DNA of 64,000 nt. Source: Octopus sinensis. Lineage: Eukaryota. The stretch spans positions 5,084,001 to 5,148,000 of the forward strand of contig NC_043001.1 of the NCBI RefSeq assembly GCF_006345805.1. The letters are read 5' to 3'. The notes beneath the pieces were generated by a model, which ran no database searches, was not told the DNA's origin, and saw only the letters and a program-made list of their open reading frames with translations. A program made the position numbers and the translations under genes. This document shows positions 1 through 13,403 of this stretch, piece after piece. Every line of letters begins with the position of its first letter. The first letter of the stretch is position 1.

Positions 1-4
1 CACC

Positions 5-236
5 AGGCGGCGAGCTGGCAGACACGTTCGCGCGCCAGGCAAAATGCTTAGCGGTATTTCGTCTGCGGCTACGTTCTGAGTTCAAATTCCGCCGAGGTCG
101 ACTTTGCCTTTCATCTTTTCGGGGTCGATTAAATCAGTACCAGTTACGCACTGGGGTCGATATAATCGACTTAATTCGTTTGTCTGTCCTTGTTTGTCCT
201 CTCTGTGTTTAGCCCCTTGTGGGTAGTAAAGAAATA
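5..236 (+). mobile_element. tRNA-headed SINE, family A (labels A-F are mine)
   Basis: Head GGCGGCGAGCTGGCAGA, B-box-like GAGTTCAAATTCC, 3' end ...GTAAAGAAATA. Close copies at 2361, 19846, 22231(-), 59268. Confidence 0.85.
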
Positions 237-420
237 GGTATTTCGTTTGTCGTTACGTTCTGAGTTCAAATTGCGCCGAGGTCGACTTTGCCTTTCATCT
301 TTTCGGGGTCGCTAAATAAAGTACCAGTTTCGCACTGGGATCGATGTAATCGAATTAATCCCTTTGTCTGTCCTTCTTTGTCCCCTCTATGTTTAGCCTC
401 TTCTGGGCAATAAAGAAATA
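237..420 (+). mobile_element. Headless second unit of SINE family A, fused in tandem to the first copy
   Basis: Restarts at GGTATTTCGT...TACGTTCTGAGTTCAAATT directly after the first copy's AAAGAAATA and repeats the body to AAAGAAATA. Confidence 0.85.
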
Positions 421-1229
421 TAATTATACTAAGACACTATTGTTGAAACAGCATCGTATACGATAATATATATCATGCATTTTGATGTGATAGTTTTATA
501 CCACATTCATAGTTAAGCTATTAAATACTTTGTATCGTTAAACTATTTACTTAAATGTTTTATATTGCAAAACTTGAATCGTAAAAATTCAATATTTATT
601 TAACAAGTGAACGTTTTAAAATATAGGAAGCAATAAAAGCTCACAGATTTTACACATTGAAAAGCATTTTAATAACAAATGCATGGAGTGCAGTGGTTCA
701 AATGACGATGCAAACTGCGAATACAAATACAAAAATTACCAATTTTAAAATTCGGATACCATATGCCTAACTTCTAATAGTGGCACAGCAATCTAAAATA
801 TGGGAACATTTTTGTACCCCGAGCAGTATATTTGCACCTTATCCCAAAAGGTGCCACCGCAATTTCATTACCGGTTCGACTCCATTTGTATTGAATAAAA
901 TTTAACTAAAATTAGCCTGCCAGTATATCCTCCCTCTAATTGGGTGTCCTGTTCCCAAATTAATAATCATTATTAAATTTGTGGCTCATGTGCTAAGTGC
1001 ATTTAGAAGACCAGAAAAGGATATCCAGATTATTTCATACTTGTGTAATAATTCTTAACTGGACGGTTATATGTACAAGTAATATAATCACGAGAAAAAC
1101 TGGTAACATATTTTTGGTCGGACTTGGCATTGTTTCTAGTGACAAAGGGCTCATTGCGAACCCTTATGGTTTTATTAATTATTTTCTAATTCCAGCTTTA
1201 TATATTTATGAATATCGAATTCAGAATGT

Positions 1230-1380
1230 TTTTGTATCTATGTTTATCCCCTATCCCTGCTTGACAACTGGTATTGGTGTCTACACATCCCAAACCTTAG
1301 CGGTTCAGCAATAGATACGATAAAATAAGTACCTGGCTTAAAAATAAAAATAAGTATTGGGGCCGATACATTCCACTGAA
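1230..1380 (+). mobile_element. 3' fragment of SINE family C
   Basis: CTTGACAAC...GGTGT...CTTAGCGGTTCAGCAA...GATAAAATAAGTAC aligns by eye with 18925-19030. Confidence 0.55.
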
Positions 1381-1389
1381 ATACACACG

Positions 1390-1715
1390 CACACATATAA
1401 ATACATACATACTTACATATATACAAATATATATATGCACACAGACACACATATAAATACATACATACTTACATATATACAAATATACATATGCACACAC
1501 ACATATAAATACATACATACTTACATATATACAAATATATATATGCACACACACACATATAAATACATACATACTTACATATATACAAATATATATATGC
1601 ACACACACACATATAAATACATACATACTTACATATATACAAATATATATATGCACACACACACATATAAATACATACATACTTACATATATACAAATAT
1701 GCATATGCACACACA
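1390..1715. repeat. ~54-bp minisatellite, about 6 units, built from CA/TA/TACA motifs
   Basis: TATAAATACATACATACTTACATATATACAAATAT recurs at 1396, 1452, 1504, 1558, 1612, 1666. Confidence 0.9.
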
Positions 1716-2360
1716 CACACACATACACACATATATCATTTATCGCTGAAGAGAGGTTAATGAACTATACGCAACAATAGAAAGTCGAGTAGACTTCCAA
1801 TTTGTAGTTGTTTAATTAGATTTTGTCGAATTTATTGCCAGAATAAATTAATACAATTAAATTTAAGCACGAATACTTTCGTACAGAAATGTTTTCAAAA
1901 TGTAACCAGTAACCATTTTTTCACAGGTTATAAAGTAAGAACATTAGGTAAAAAGCACTTGGGAATAGTTTTCATATTGGCGGATCGGACAATAGCCTCG
2001 GCTATAAAATATGTTTGCCACTTGGTGAAACAAAGTAAATTAGCTTTACTAAAATGTGAAGAACAAAATACGATGTTTGCTGTTGTTTTTACTTACCCTC
2101 GTTATCATAATATAACTAACACGAAATTTGTTTTGTTTGAAATTGCAATACTGCAATACATAGTGTCAGCTAAACCAATGCAATACAGAGGGAAGAAGAG
2201 GCAAAGTGTGTTAACGCATTATGAAGAGAATACATTACACAGCAAATGCTATTGTTATAAAAAGACTAACAAAGTAAACATTATACATAAGTATAACCCT
2301 GTCAAGAACAAAAAAAATAACAAAAATGAAACATCATAATCGTCATCTTGTAATCACCAT

Positions 2361-2590
2361 CGGCGAACTGGCAGAATCGTTAGCACGGCAGGCGAAATGC
2401 TTAGCAGTATTTCGTTTGGCGCTGCGTTCTGGGTTAAAATTCCACCGAGGTCGACTTTGCCTTTCATCATTTCGGGGTCGGTAAGTTAATTACCAGTTAC
2501 GCACTGGGGTAGATATAATCGACTTAATCCGTTTGTCTGTCCTTGTTTGTTCCCTCTGTGTTTAGCCCCTTATGGGCAATAAAGAAATAT
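2361..2590 (+). mobile_element. SINE family A copy
   Basis: Collinear with 5-236. Confidence 0.85.
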
Positions 2591-3066
2591 ATTACTATCA
2601 TAATCCACACGGAGATCATCTTTATTTACAAGTTACATATATCGTCATGATGTTAATATAAGTGTCATTAGCAACTTGAAAGTAACCAGCAAAATGTGCG
2701 AAAAACTTCTAGTCCTGAACAAAATTAGAAGTGTGTAATGACCAGGGTGAATGATATAAATAAAAGGCAAATGGAGAAGATAACGTCGTATCGCATGCTG
2801 TTTAGGTTTATTATGAAAACCGGTGCCGCTGATATTACTAATGATAAATAGTGTTTGCGATAATGACAGTTACAAAAGTTGGGCAGAAAACCTTTTTAAC
2901 AGGGAGAAAGTTCCTGTTAAAATTGGTAGTGATAGGTTTGCGAAAATCGGAGTCACGTGGAAGGCAATGTAAAGAATGCGGATGAAGAAATGAACTGGTG
3001 GAGTCAACTTGAACAATCGACGTGGTGGTGGTCGTCGTGGTAGTGGTCGTGGTCGTGGCCGTCGAA

Positions 3067-3317
3067 TCATCATCATCATCATCATCATCTCCATCTTCTT
3101 CTTCTTCTTCTTCTTCTTCTTCTTCTTCGTCTTCTTCTTCGTCTTCTTCTTCTTCTTCTTCTTCTTCTTCTTCTTCTTCTTCTTCTTCTTCTTCTTCTTC
3201 TTCTTCTTCTTCTTCTTCTTCTTCTTCTTCTTCGTCTCTTCTTCTTCTTCTTCTTCTTCTTCTTCTTCTTCTTCTTCTTCTTCTTCTTCTTCTTCTTCTT
3301 CTTCTTCTTCTTCTTCT
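3067..3317. repeat. (ATC)n/(CTT)n compound microsatellite
   Basis: Direct reading. It explains the poly-E/K/F/S ORFs in the track. Confidence 0.95.
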
Positions 3318-3462
3318 AATTCTATTGCTTGCATTTTTATACTTCTATTACAAACTGCTGGCATTCCATAAACAATATACTGCTACTACTGCTACTACAA
3401 TTAAAACTACTGCTGTTTCTACTGCTACAACAGCTACCATCACTACCACTACTACTACTACT

Positions 3463-3781
3463 AGGCACATGGCTCAGTTGTTAGAACGTCGGGCTCACGA
3501 TCATGAGGTGGTGAGATCGATTCCCGGACCGGTCTGCGTACTGTGTTCTTGGGCAAGACGCTTTCTCCAGTTCACAAATCTGCAAAAATGATTTGTGACG
3601 TCACTGGTGCCAAGTTATATCGGCCTTTGCCTTTCCCTCGGATAACATCGGTGGCGTGGAGAAGGAAGGCTGGCATGCATAGGTGACTGCTGGCCTTCCA
3701 TAAACAATCTTGCTTGGACTTGTATCTCGGAGGGTAACATTCTAGATGCAATCCCGTAGTCATTCATGGCTGATGGGATCT
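3463..3781 (+). mobile_element. tRNA-headed SINE, family B (CORE-SINE-like)
   Basis: A-box TGGCTCAGTTGTTAG, B-box-like AGATCGATTCCC, then TGTGTTCTTGGGCAAGAC, which resembles the CORE segment. Confidence 0.8.
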
Positions 3782-6700
3782 GTAACATATATATATTTCA
3801 AAGATACTGCGAAGAAAATTCGAGAATACGTCGTAATTAAATAATGTTTAACCTTTTAACTTCAGTGGTGAGAGAATAACTTTATGCTTTGCTGAAAAAA
3901 AATGCATTATAGTTCAAGGAAATTATACCAGTCTACGTATTCTTAAGGAGAGTTTGGCATAAGCAATTTATATTAACATGCATCACAAAAGAGAACCGGA
4001 TGGATGGCAAGAAGGAAAATAAGGAACCACATGTTGCTTCGAGTCATAATATTTTACTATGTATATTTCTGAGTTTTGTGGCTTAAAGTGTTGTTTTTAG
4101 TTTATAAAAAATGCCATAGTGAACTGGATATAGTTTCGCTCATATCGTCTTCTTGAAGTTTTAAATAATTATTTTGTATTCCTTAATTATCTATAACCAT
4201 CATTGGTTTCATGATAAATAGGCATACCATTGTGTGTATGTGTGCGAGTGTGTGTGTGTGCGTCACTTTGTAGGTTTGTGGATGTATTTGTATATGTAGT
4301 GTGTATACAAAACTTACAATTAATCGGAATGTGCAGAAGTTGAAGCATATACCGAAAGTATCCGCTCTTGATATCGTAAACGTTTGGCATAAAGTGTTGT
4401 GAATAGGAAAGACAAAATAAACAAAAGTTATAACAGGACACATGTTTTCGACTGGATTATATCGACATGTTTTACTTTGAAACACGCAACTATATCTATA
4501 TTAAATTACATTCTCAATTATGATTTGAGTAGGGAAAAATTTTACTGCCATATGTAAGCATGTATGTGTGTGTTTGTGTGTGTGTGAGTGTTTGTTTTTC
4601 AGCATTCTCATATAATTTTAGAATTGCGTCAAAATATTTTCATTTCAACAGGATAGAGGGAATACGACACATTCTACGTCGGTTGCATTTTAACCATACA
4701 ATTATGACCATCATTTTCAAACTGTTCTTTGAAAATTAATGCATTACATGAGAGATTCGGCTATGGATTTAGAAAAATTCTTATTGGAAAAATTCTACGA
4801 TATAAGAAATATTATTCCCATCTTAACACTCAGGCTATTTCGAAGCATTTGAAGATGTGGTTTTTATAGAAAATAAGTTGTAAAATGCAACAGATGGCAT
4901 ATTTCATATTTCAACTTACTAAATGTGAATGTATGTTGCGGTGTTGATCTAAAATATATAATCTCCGAAGTATTGAGGAGAACAAATATACATTTTAGGT
5001 AACTCGAGCAGGTAAATGATAATGCTTTCTGTTAAACGATACTCCGTGCATTTATGCAGACCATATCTCTGTGTATAGAGTGAGAAAATAACGATCATTA
5101 TAAATAGAAGCAGGGGATCATAAAGTCAGTATATCGGTCTAGAGAGATAGGAATATTTAGAATGACTGGTAGTAAACTTAATCGTGCTAAAGCAGAAGAA
5201 TTACAAATACAAAGAAAAAAACACTCAAAAGATAAAATGTAACGTCATGTCTAGAAGAGAAGGAGAGAGCTACAACCAACTAAAGAGAGAAAATAGATTT
5301 AGAGTAAAAGAAAATGGCAGACAACAATAGAACTATTTTAATAGGAAAAACACAGGAAACTTTGGTAAGTAATGGAAAAAGATTTTGAAAGAAAAACATG
5401 TCTAAATTGATCAATGGATACGGTTTCTAGGAGAGGTATTCTACTCCTTATGCTGCATAAGAAAGAATATATAAGGCTGTTTAGTTATGTTTCATCTACT
5501 TTGATAATACAAAGATACGTATTAAAAGAAATTGCTACAGCCAAAAGAAATCAACAGAGAGGTGGATATTGACATCAAAGTAATAGATTTTTGCTTTCCA
5601 TTATAGATGCGATTACTCAACTTGTCATCGAGCTTTCAGGCGCTACACTTATATGTTGAAGACTCGATGCTTTAAAATGCTGCCAGCTCAATGGTGAAGA
5701 TCCTTGGTAATTTATTCCAGAAGAAAGATATTTAAAAGTCTGAAAATATCATCGAGTAATCAATAGCAATATATTCCCGGAATCAATGTTTGTACTTTAG
5801 TATTTGCCTCTGAAACGGAAGTCGTCGGATGGTAGTAATTTCAGAGGATTTGTGTGGGTTTAGAAACTGTAATTTATCATTTGAAAGAGAGAATCAATAT
5901 ACACCAGATAGAGTCTATTGCCTAAATTTTGAATATTCAAGAATATAATTATCATTCGTCTCCAAATAGACATTGTCCACAAAGTAGTGCATGGTACTGG
6001 AATGGTCAACCTACATACTACACCGACCTCATTCGACTGTAAACCAACTGCAAATATAAAAGAAAAACCGACAGTTCTTGGAGCAATGGATTACAAAGTA
6101 AGAGGACATCATCCACAATTTGAAATACATCAAACAAAGGATATTTACGCGGATATTCTACTGTAGTCATGTTGGTGATATATGCTAGAATTTCATGACC
6201 TAAAGTGGTTTGTATTTAAGGAATGACCATAAGTTAGTTTACAATTTACTCCCATGGGTAAACAAAATTGCTTAATATGATTAGACACGACTGGAATATT
6301 TACCGTTCTCAAAGTAAAAAGAAACATTTTTAACCGAAAGACGACTGTGATTGAAAATTGATGTTCTGCTTCAAAATGAAATGGATGTGATGATCAAATG
6401 CAGATTCATCGTGCAATAAGTCGCTACAAACAAATGGCACCCGCCTCAGAGAAAAGAACATGTAATCATTTACAGAAAACAAATCTACCGGGCTTTCATC
6501 TTTAAATTAAATGAATGTGATTGTACTGGATTATTGCAAAAAGATTCAATCCTATGGCTTTAAAGAAGAGTCATCAATATGCAATCCTTTTCATCGGTTG
6601 GTGTAAGATAGTGTTATGACTGCAACTGATGCATTCATTCCTACTTTAAATCGAAACTTTTAGCTAGCCAAAATGGTGTTGTTTACAGCTTGCATGACCT

Positions 6701-6879
6701 ATACAGTCTGTTCTGCTGAAATCTTGATGTATTATATAGAGCAATGGATGGTAATTTTATAATTGAGGAGTGCCATACGAGTGTTGAGACAATTACCTTT
6801 TGAATGCTACTGAAAAATAATTATATTCCTCAAACACACCAAGCCATCAACAAATGGATCTGTAACTTGATTCGGAGGT

Positions 6880-7276
6880 TTGACATTTGCTGCGCTGTGG
6901 AACCGACTTAAAGCATGTTTAGCTAGATGAACCGACCCCGATACTTTTTCTGTAAACTTTCTCCTTTATTTACTGTTCTGGCAGATTACAGGGACGTAAA
7001 CACGCAAACCCTTGTTGTCAAGCACTGGTAGGCGAGAAAAACGAACAAAGACAGATACAAATGCATACATACACACACACACGCACTCACACACACACAT
7101 ACACATGCACACACACACACACAGAAGAGTCGAACATTTTTCACCTCCGCTTAACAAACCCACTCCTCTGGCTTCTATCAAGCGGGTGCTAATGTAGAAG
7201 ACACTTGCTCAAGGTGGCACGTCGTGAGACTTACCCAGTACCCTGTGGTTAGGAGCAAACTTCTTAACACATACCC
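6880..7276 (-). mobile_element. SINE family C, diverged
   Basis: Reverse complement matches 18703-19088, including the CCTTGAGCAAGTGTCTTCTAC core and the internal (TG)n. Confidence 0.7.
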
Positions 7277-8059
7277 ATGTGTACGCATATCTATCAAGTA
7301 ATGAAAAGATATGCCGCAAAAAGTATGAAACTACACCTCATTTGTGAATTCCAACGCTGCACAATCCAAGTAACTGGAGAACCGTGGTCAAAGATCCGAA
7401 AGCTTTGCGATACTGAAAACATGCGTCTACAAAACTTGGCGTTAATTAAATTCACCTGGATATTCATTGAAAATATGTAAAAAATAGAAATTGAACATGG
7501 AAGAGGAAATGGAAACAACATAAACATTATGAGAGCACCTTGTATATTTTGCACTCTTTGTATATGAGCAAATGAGTTCAGTTAGATTCACATTTATTAT
7601 CATTGCTCTCGAGAATCATTAAACCATTTTAATATGACATATATTTCGAAATATTTCATCAAATATGTAATTACAATGAAATATTGCCAATAAGGTGTGT
7701 CTGCATAAAATAGTTAAAAACTTATAATTCCTAACAATCATTAAAGAAATATGGTTGACGACAGAATTACATTTCGGAATTACATTTGCTTTACATTTTT
7801 CGCGGCAATATAATCTGTAATGAAATTATATACAAATGGGTGCTGATATATTGATTGTGGTAGAAATATATAGATGCTTACACCCTCACCTTTTGTATAT
7901 ATAAATATTTTTGTCTTCAACTTATAGAACAAAAACATTTTATCGTGATCGCGAATATGCAGACACACATCCACACACAAAATGATATATAGCTAGTTGT
8001 TCACATATATATATGCGCGTACAAAGAGCACACACACGGGGACACACACACACACACAC

Positions 8060-8072
<13 letters not shown>

Positions 8073-8097
<25 letters not shown>

Positions 8098-8135
8098 AAA
8101 GCTTACACGCATTTTTGCATCTCTACATTTATATA

Positions 8136-8169
<34 letters not shown>

Positions 8170-8205
8170 TAGATAGATAGATATAGATACAGAATATATA
8201 TATAT

Positions 8206-8241
<36 letters not shown>

Positions 8242-8336
8242 AAAGCTTACACGCATTTTTGCATCTCTACATTTATATATGCATATATATATATATATAT
8301 ATATATATAGATAGATAGATAGATAGATATAGATAC

Positions 8337-8370
<34 letters not shown>
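8073..8370. repeat. Tandem duplication, period 144 bp, of a microsatellite-flanked unique motif
   Basis: AAAAGCTTACACGCATTTTTGCATCTCTACATTT at 8097 and 8241, each followed by (TA)n-(TAGA)n. Confidence 0.85.
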
Positions 8371-8371
<1 letters not shown>

Positions 8372-9517
8372 TGTGTGTATATGTATATGTGTGCGAATAT
8401 ATATATATATATATATGTATGTATATATGTGTGTACATGTGTCAGTATATTAACCATGCAATTTATTGTCTACACTAGAACATAGTTACCTATACATACA
8501 CATAGTTATCTTTGTGTGTGTGTGTGCGCGCATGCACAGCGTATATATGTATAAACGAGTGTGCATTTTTTGGATTATGTTAAAGTTTTATAGGAGCCAT
8601 ATTGTCTGTGAAACGGTCTTATTTATGGCATGAACGCCCTTCCATACATAAATAACTTGTTCATATTCATGATTTACAAATATGATTCCAATATCATTTT
8701 TACATTTGAATTCTCCCAAGATAATTGTTATAACTATACATTGTAGATTCATCTTTCCTTGTACTGTACTTCTATCACCCGCCTCTAGGCAATAATATAA
8801 ATATATGCGATCCTATGTATTTCTCGTTAATCACACTTTATATGTATGCATGTATGTATGTTTGTATGTATGTATGTAAGTATATGCGTGCGTATGCAAG
8901 TGCATATGAATTTTATTTTTATTATATATGTCTGTTGGGATTCTGTATGTATTTTCCTCATTCAGGAACAGTAAAGTCTCAATTATATTTATATTTCCCG
9001 TCTGTTGTGAGATTGAAAAATAAATTCTTGAGCTTTCTCGTACTTCTACTTGTATTACATCCCTTTATTGCCCGAAGCCATTGTTTAAATGAAAATATAA
9101 TATATTATTATGATATCAATATTTTACTATACGAAATTTGTATAATTCCATAACACAAAGCAAAGTTTAGGGTATAAAAAATAATAGAATAATTGTGTGA
9201 GGTAGAAAGATTTGTAATCTTATATCTGATTTAGTACACGATGTATTGAAAAATAAAACAGAATGATATGCATGGTGAAGCATTAAAACAAACGGTATGT
9301 ACTTTATACACAATGTTTCATGATGTTTGCGCCGTGTCGGTGAACAAGTCCTAAATAATGTTGTCATATATTTATTGGGAGATCGGTGTAAGTTTCCATG
9401 AATCCCAAACGTCCTATAAAATATGTTACTTCGATACACTTAACTCACAATCGAATAAAATAGATATTTAATGTATGATTCTCCCGATGTATGTAAGTAT
9501 GTATGTATATATGTATG

Positions 9518-9636
<119 letters not shown>

Positions 9637-9874
9637 ATATATATAATATATATATATATATCAGAAATAATAAAGTTCTAAATCTCTCGTAGAGACATGT
9701 ACGGTGTTGGGGCGATAGAATGGTTGTATACTGTCAATTTAACGTGACAGTAGGGGGTACACCACCGCTATTTAGCTATAGGAAGCATCGACGCCTCCTG
9801 ATGGCTTTGACACATTTTTCCTGTGTCCTTATATACATTTACGAAGGGGAGAAAAAAAAAATAAAAAATATATA

Positions 9875-9916
<42 letters not shown>

Positions 9917-9974
9917 CTATATATACTTACATAAATATATATTTGTATATAATTATTTGTGTGTGATTGTTTGG

Positions 9975-10005
<31 letters not shown>

Positions 10006-10736
10006 ATATACATACATACATACATAAATATATATCTATATATCTATATATACTTATGTGTGTGTGCGTATGTGTGAGTATGCATAGGTACCTAGCAACA
10101 CACGCTGATTTTCATATACTAGTGTGTATATTTTTGTCACATAGTAACATGACGTGTATATTTCTCTGTAGTAAAAAAACATTCCAGAATAGATTTTCTC
10201 TTAGATTAAATGGTTAACACATCACTCTTTAGATAATCAAGTTGATAACATCTGATTCTGACTTATGGTGTTGCTACCTGTAATTAATTAGCATAAATAA
10301 GTAGTAAATTTACGGAGAGTGGCGTAGAAGTAAATATCAATAAGGATGTATATTTAGGGAGATGATTAGGTAAAAGTTGCATAAGGATGTATAATTAGGC
10401 TGATGAATGCATAAAACATTATACAAGTTGTTTTGGAAGCAATTAGAAACAAGAATACCACGACAGCTAATATAACCACAATCACGCGGCTGCCTCCAAC
10501 AACACCAGCAACACTATTCAAACAACTCTCACCAGCAGTATAAAGAATACAGCAGCGACTGTTCTGCTTGAACGACTAATGGTCGCTGACTCCGCTGCTG
10601 TGGAACCGCAAAGGAAAGACTGACAACAACGTTCTCAAAGAGTTTGACCCGATTTCGGACAATGACCAGCCTCTGAAATTGGCCAACTTCCCTACCAGCC
10701 ACAAGGCGAAGCCACCTCCTACGCAAATGCTCTTGT

Positions 10737-10786
<50 letters not shown>

Positions 10787-11140
10787 TTACTACTACTACT
10801 ACTGCTGCTGCTGGTGCTGCCACTGCAGCTGATGCTGATGCTGCTGCTGTCACTACTACTACTAATACTAATACTACTATTACTACTACTAATAGTAATA
10901 ATAACAATAAGAAGAAGAAGAAGCAGAAGAAGAAGAACAACAACAACAACAACAACAAGAATAAGAACAAGAAGAAGCCAGACAGACTTAATTGAGAAGA
11001 ATAGGAAGGCAGACAGATTTAAGTGAGTAAGAAAACAAACTAAGCTGGATTATAGATAGAGTAGCATGCCCACCTAACAACAACAAAAAGGAAAGTCGAG
11101 AGATATGGCAGGTTAACAACAGCAACATCAACAACAACAC

Positions 11141-11179
<39 letters not shown>

Positions 11180-11181
11180 TA

Positions 11182-11251
<70 letters not shown>

Positions 11252-11257
11252 TAATAA
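11141..11257. repeat. (AAT)n tract forming the 5' flank of the retrotransposon stack
   Basis: Direct reading. Element sequence GATATCGCAAAGG begins at 11258. Confidence 0.95.
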
Positions 11258-13384
11258 GATATCGCAAAGGCTGAACAAGCACCTGGACGAAAACAAACTG
11301 TTCCCAGAAGAGCAGAAAGGATGCCGCAAAGGCTCATATGGCTGTAAAGATCAACTAATGATTAATAAAGCCGTAACTGAAGACAGCCACAGAAAGAAGA
11401 AAGGCCTCAGTATAGCCTGGATTGACTACAAAAAGGCGTTTGATAGCATCCCCCACACATGGATCCTCGAAACACTAGCCATTAACAAAGTAGCACCAAC
11501 AATCATAAAATTCATAGGGCACTCTATGATTAAATGGCAAACAGTCCTACACCTCCAAACAAAAGAGGGACTCATGAAAACCAAAGACATCCCCATTAGA
11601 AGAGGAATATTCCAAGGAGACACGCTCTCTCCACTCCTTTTCTGCTTGGCACTGTCACCTCTATCTGATATGCTAAATAGAACTGGATGCGGATATAAAT
11701 GTTACGGCAAAACGATCAGCCACATATTATATATGGATGACCTAAAACTATACGCTGCAAATGACAAACAGCTGGAAACACTATTAAAGACAGTTCATGG
11801 ATTTACCAAAGAAATAGATATGAAATTTGGCTTAGAAAAATGCGCCAACTTAACCATGAAAAGAGGAAAACTAGTTAAGAGTAACAACATCACACTAGAT
11901 AAAACCAATGAAATAAAAGAATTAGACCAAAGCCAAACTTACAAATACTTAGGAATCCATGAACTAGATAAGACACAACACACACAAATGAAAGAGAAAA
12001 TAAAAAAAGAATATTATAGACGAGTTAGATCAATACTAAAAACAGAGCTCAATGCTAAAAACAAGATAATAGGTATCAACACTTTAGCTGTCCCAGTTAT
12101 AAGTTACAGCTACAATATCCTTAACTGGACACGAAATGAACTGTCCAAAATAGATAGTAAAACAAGAAAAATACTGACAGGATCTAAGATGCATCACCCA
12201 AAATCTGACATAGAAAGGCTATATATACGACGTATAGAAGGTGGTAGAGGCCTTATACAGCTGGAAAACTACTATAAAATAACCGCCATAGGACTGCAAA
12301 AATACCTACTTCAGAAGGAAGTAAAATTGATCCAGATAGCAGCAAAACACGAGCAAAACAAAAAACTATTCTCAGTATTTAAGGAAGCTGACAAATACAA
12401 ACAAGAAATCATACCACCTAATAAACATGAAGAAGAAGAAGATGATGAAGAAACAACAAAGCTATAAAACAAATGAAATCCAAACTAAAAATAGAACAGC
12501 AACGAGCCATGATAAAACGATGGCAAGAAAAGCCCCTTCATGGTAAATACTGCACTAAACTAAACGCAAAAGAAATAGACAAAGAAAAATCCCAGCAATG
12601 GTTGAGAAGCTCAGGACTCAAAGCAGAAACAGAGGGATTTTTAATTGCAGCACAAGACCAAAGCCTCCCCACCAGAAATTACCAAAAACATGTAATGAAA
12701 AGAAATATTACAAGTAACTGCAGAATATGTGGAAATGGACAAGAAACAATAAATCATATTATCTCTAGCTGCCCAGTCCTGGCTAAGAAGGAATATATTC
12801 ACAGACATGACAGAGTTGGAACCTACATACATTGGAAGCTATGCCAACATTATGGAATAACAACAGAAAAAAGATGGTATAGGCACACACCAGAAAAGGT
12901 CACAGAAAACGAGAAAGCAACCATACTCTGGGATATGCCGATACACACAGATAGAGAAATTAAGGCCAACAGACCAGATATAGTTGTCAGAGATCATGAA
13001 GAAAAAAAATGCTTTCGAATTGATGTATCAATACCGGCAGATGACAACGTGTCTCTAAAAGAAATGGAGAAACTCTCAAAATACAAAGACCTGGAAATAG
13101 AGGTATCTAGAATGTGGAACCTGAAAACAGAAACAATTCCTATCATAGTAGGTGCATTAGGCATGATAAAAAATATTCAGACAAATACATAACAAAAACA
13201 CCAGGACTTACAAACACATATAACATACAGAAAATTGCACTACTAGGCACTGCACACATCCTACGCAGAACACTTTCCATACAATAACCATCAGAGCATC
13301 ACAACAAATCACAGCACATACCCAAGGCACATAGAGCTGCGCTCGGTAGTGAAGTGAAAGCACGCTATAAAAATAAAACTACTG
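11258..13384 (+). mobile_element. 5'-truncated R4/Dong-type non-LTR retrotransposon (RT + CCHC + RLE), copy 1, frameshifted
   Basis: ORFs 11358-12467 (WIDYKKAFDS, IFQGDTLSP, LYMDDLK, YKYLG) and 12473-13192 (CRICGNGQETINHIISSC, RHD, RPDIVV..IDVS, KLSKY). 3' end ...AAAACTACTG is followed by (AAT)n. Confidence 0.92.
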
Positions 13385-13403
13385 AATAATAATAATAATA
13401 ATA

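Noticed and set aside
700-1230. Microsatellite-free stretch with short coding-looking frames on the minus strand
   Set aside because: Frames are interrupted and I cannot assign them to any family.
1390-1715. CRISPR-like regular spacing
   Set aside because: Eukaryotic context and identical low-complexity units with no unique spacers; it is a minisatellite.
1740-1800. CTGAAGA followed by a possible stem, hammerhead-like
   Set aside because: GAAA is replaced by GCAA and stem I does not pair. At best a heavily decayed relic.
4960-6880. 2-kb purine-rich block that could be a decayed transposase
   Set aside because: Motif-like fragments (GCDDQ, IQSY) are in an inconsistent order; not supportable without a profile search.
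10450-10740. GC-richer segment with an open frame before the microsatellites
   Set aside because: No recognisable domain or convincing splice sites.
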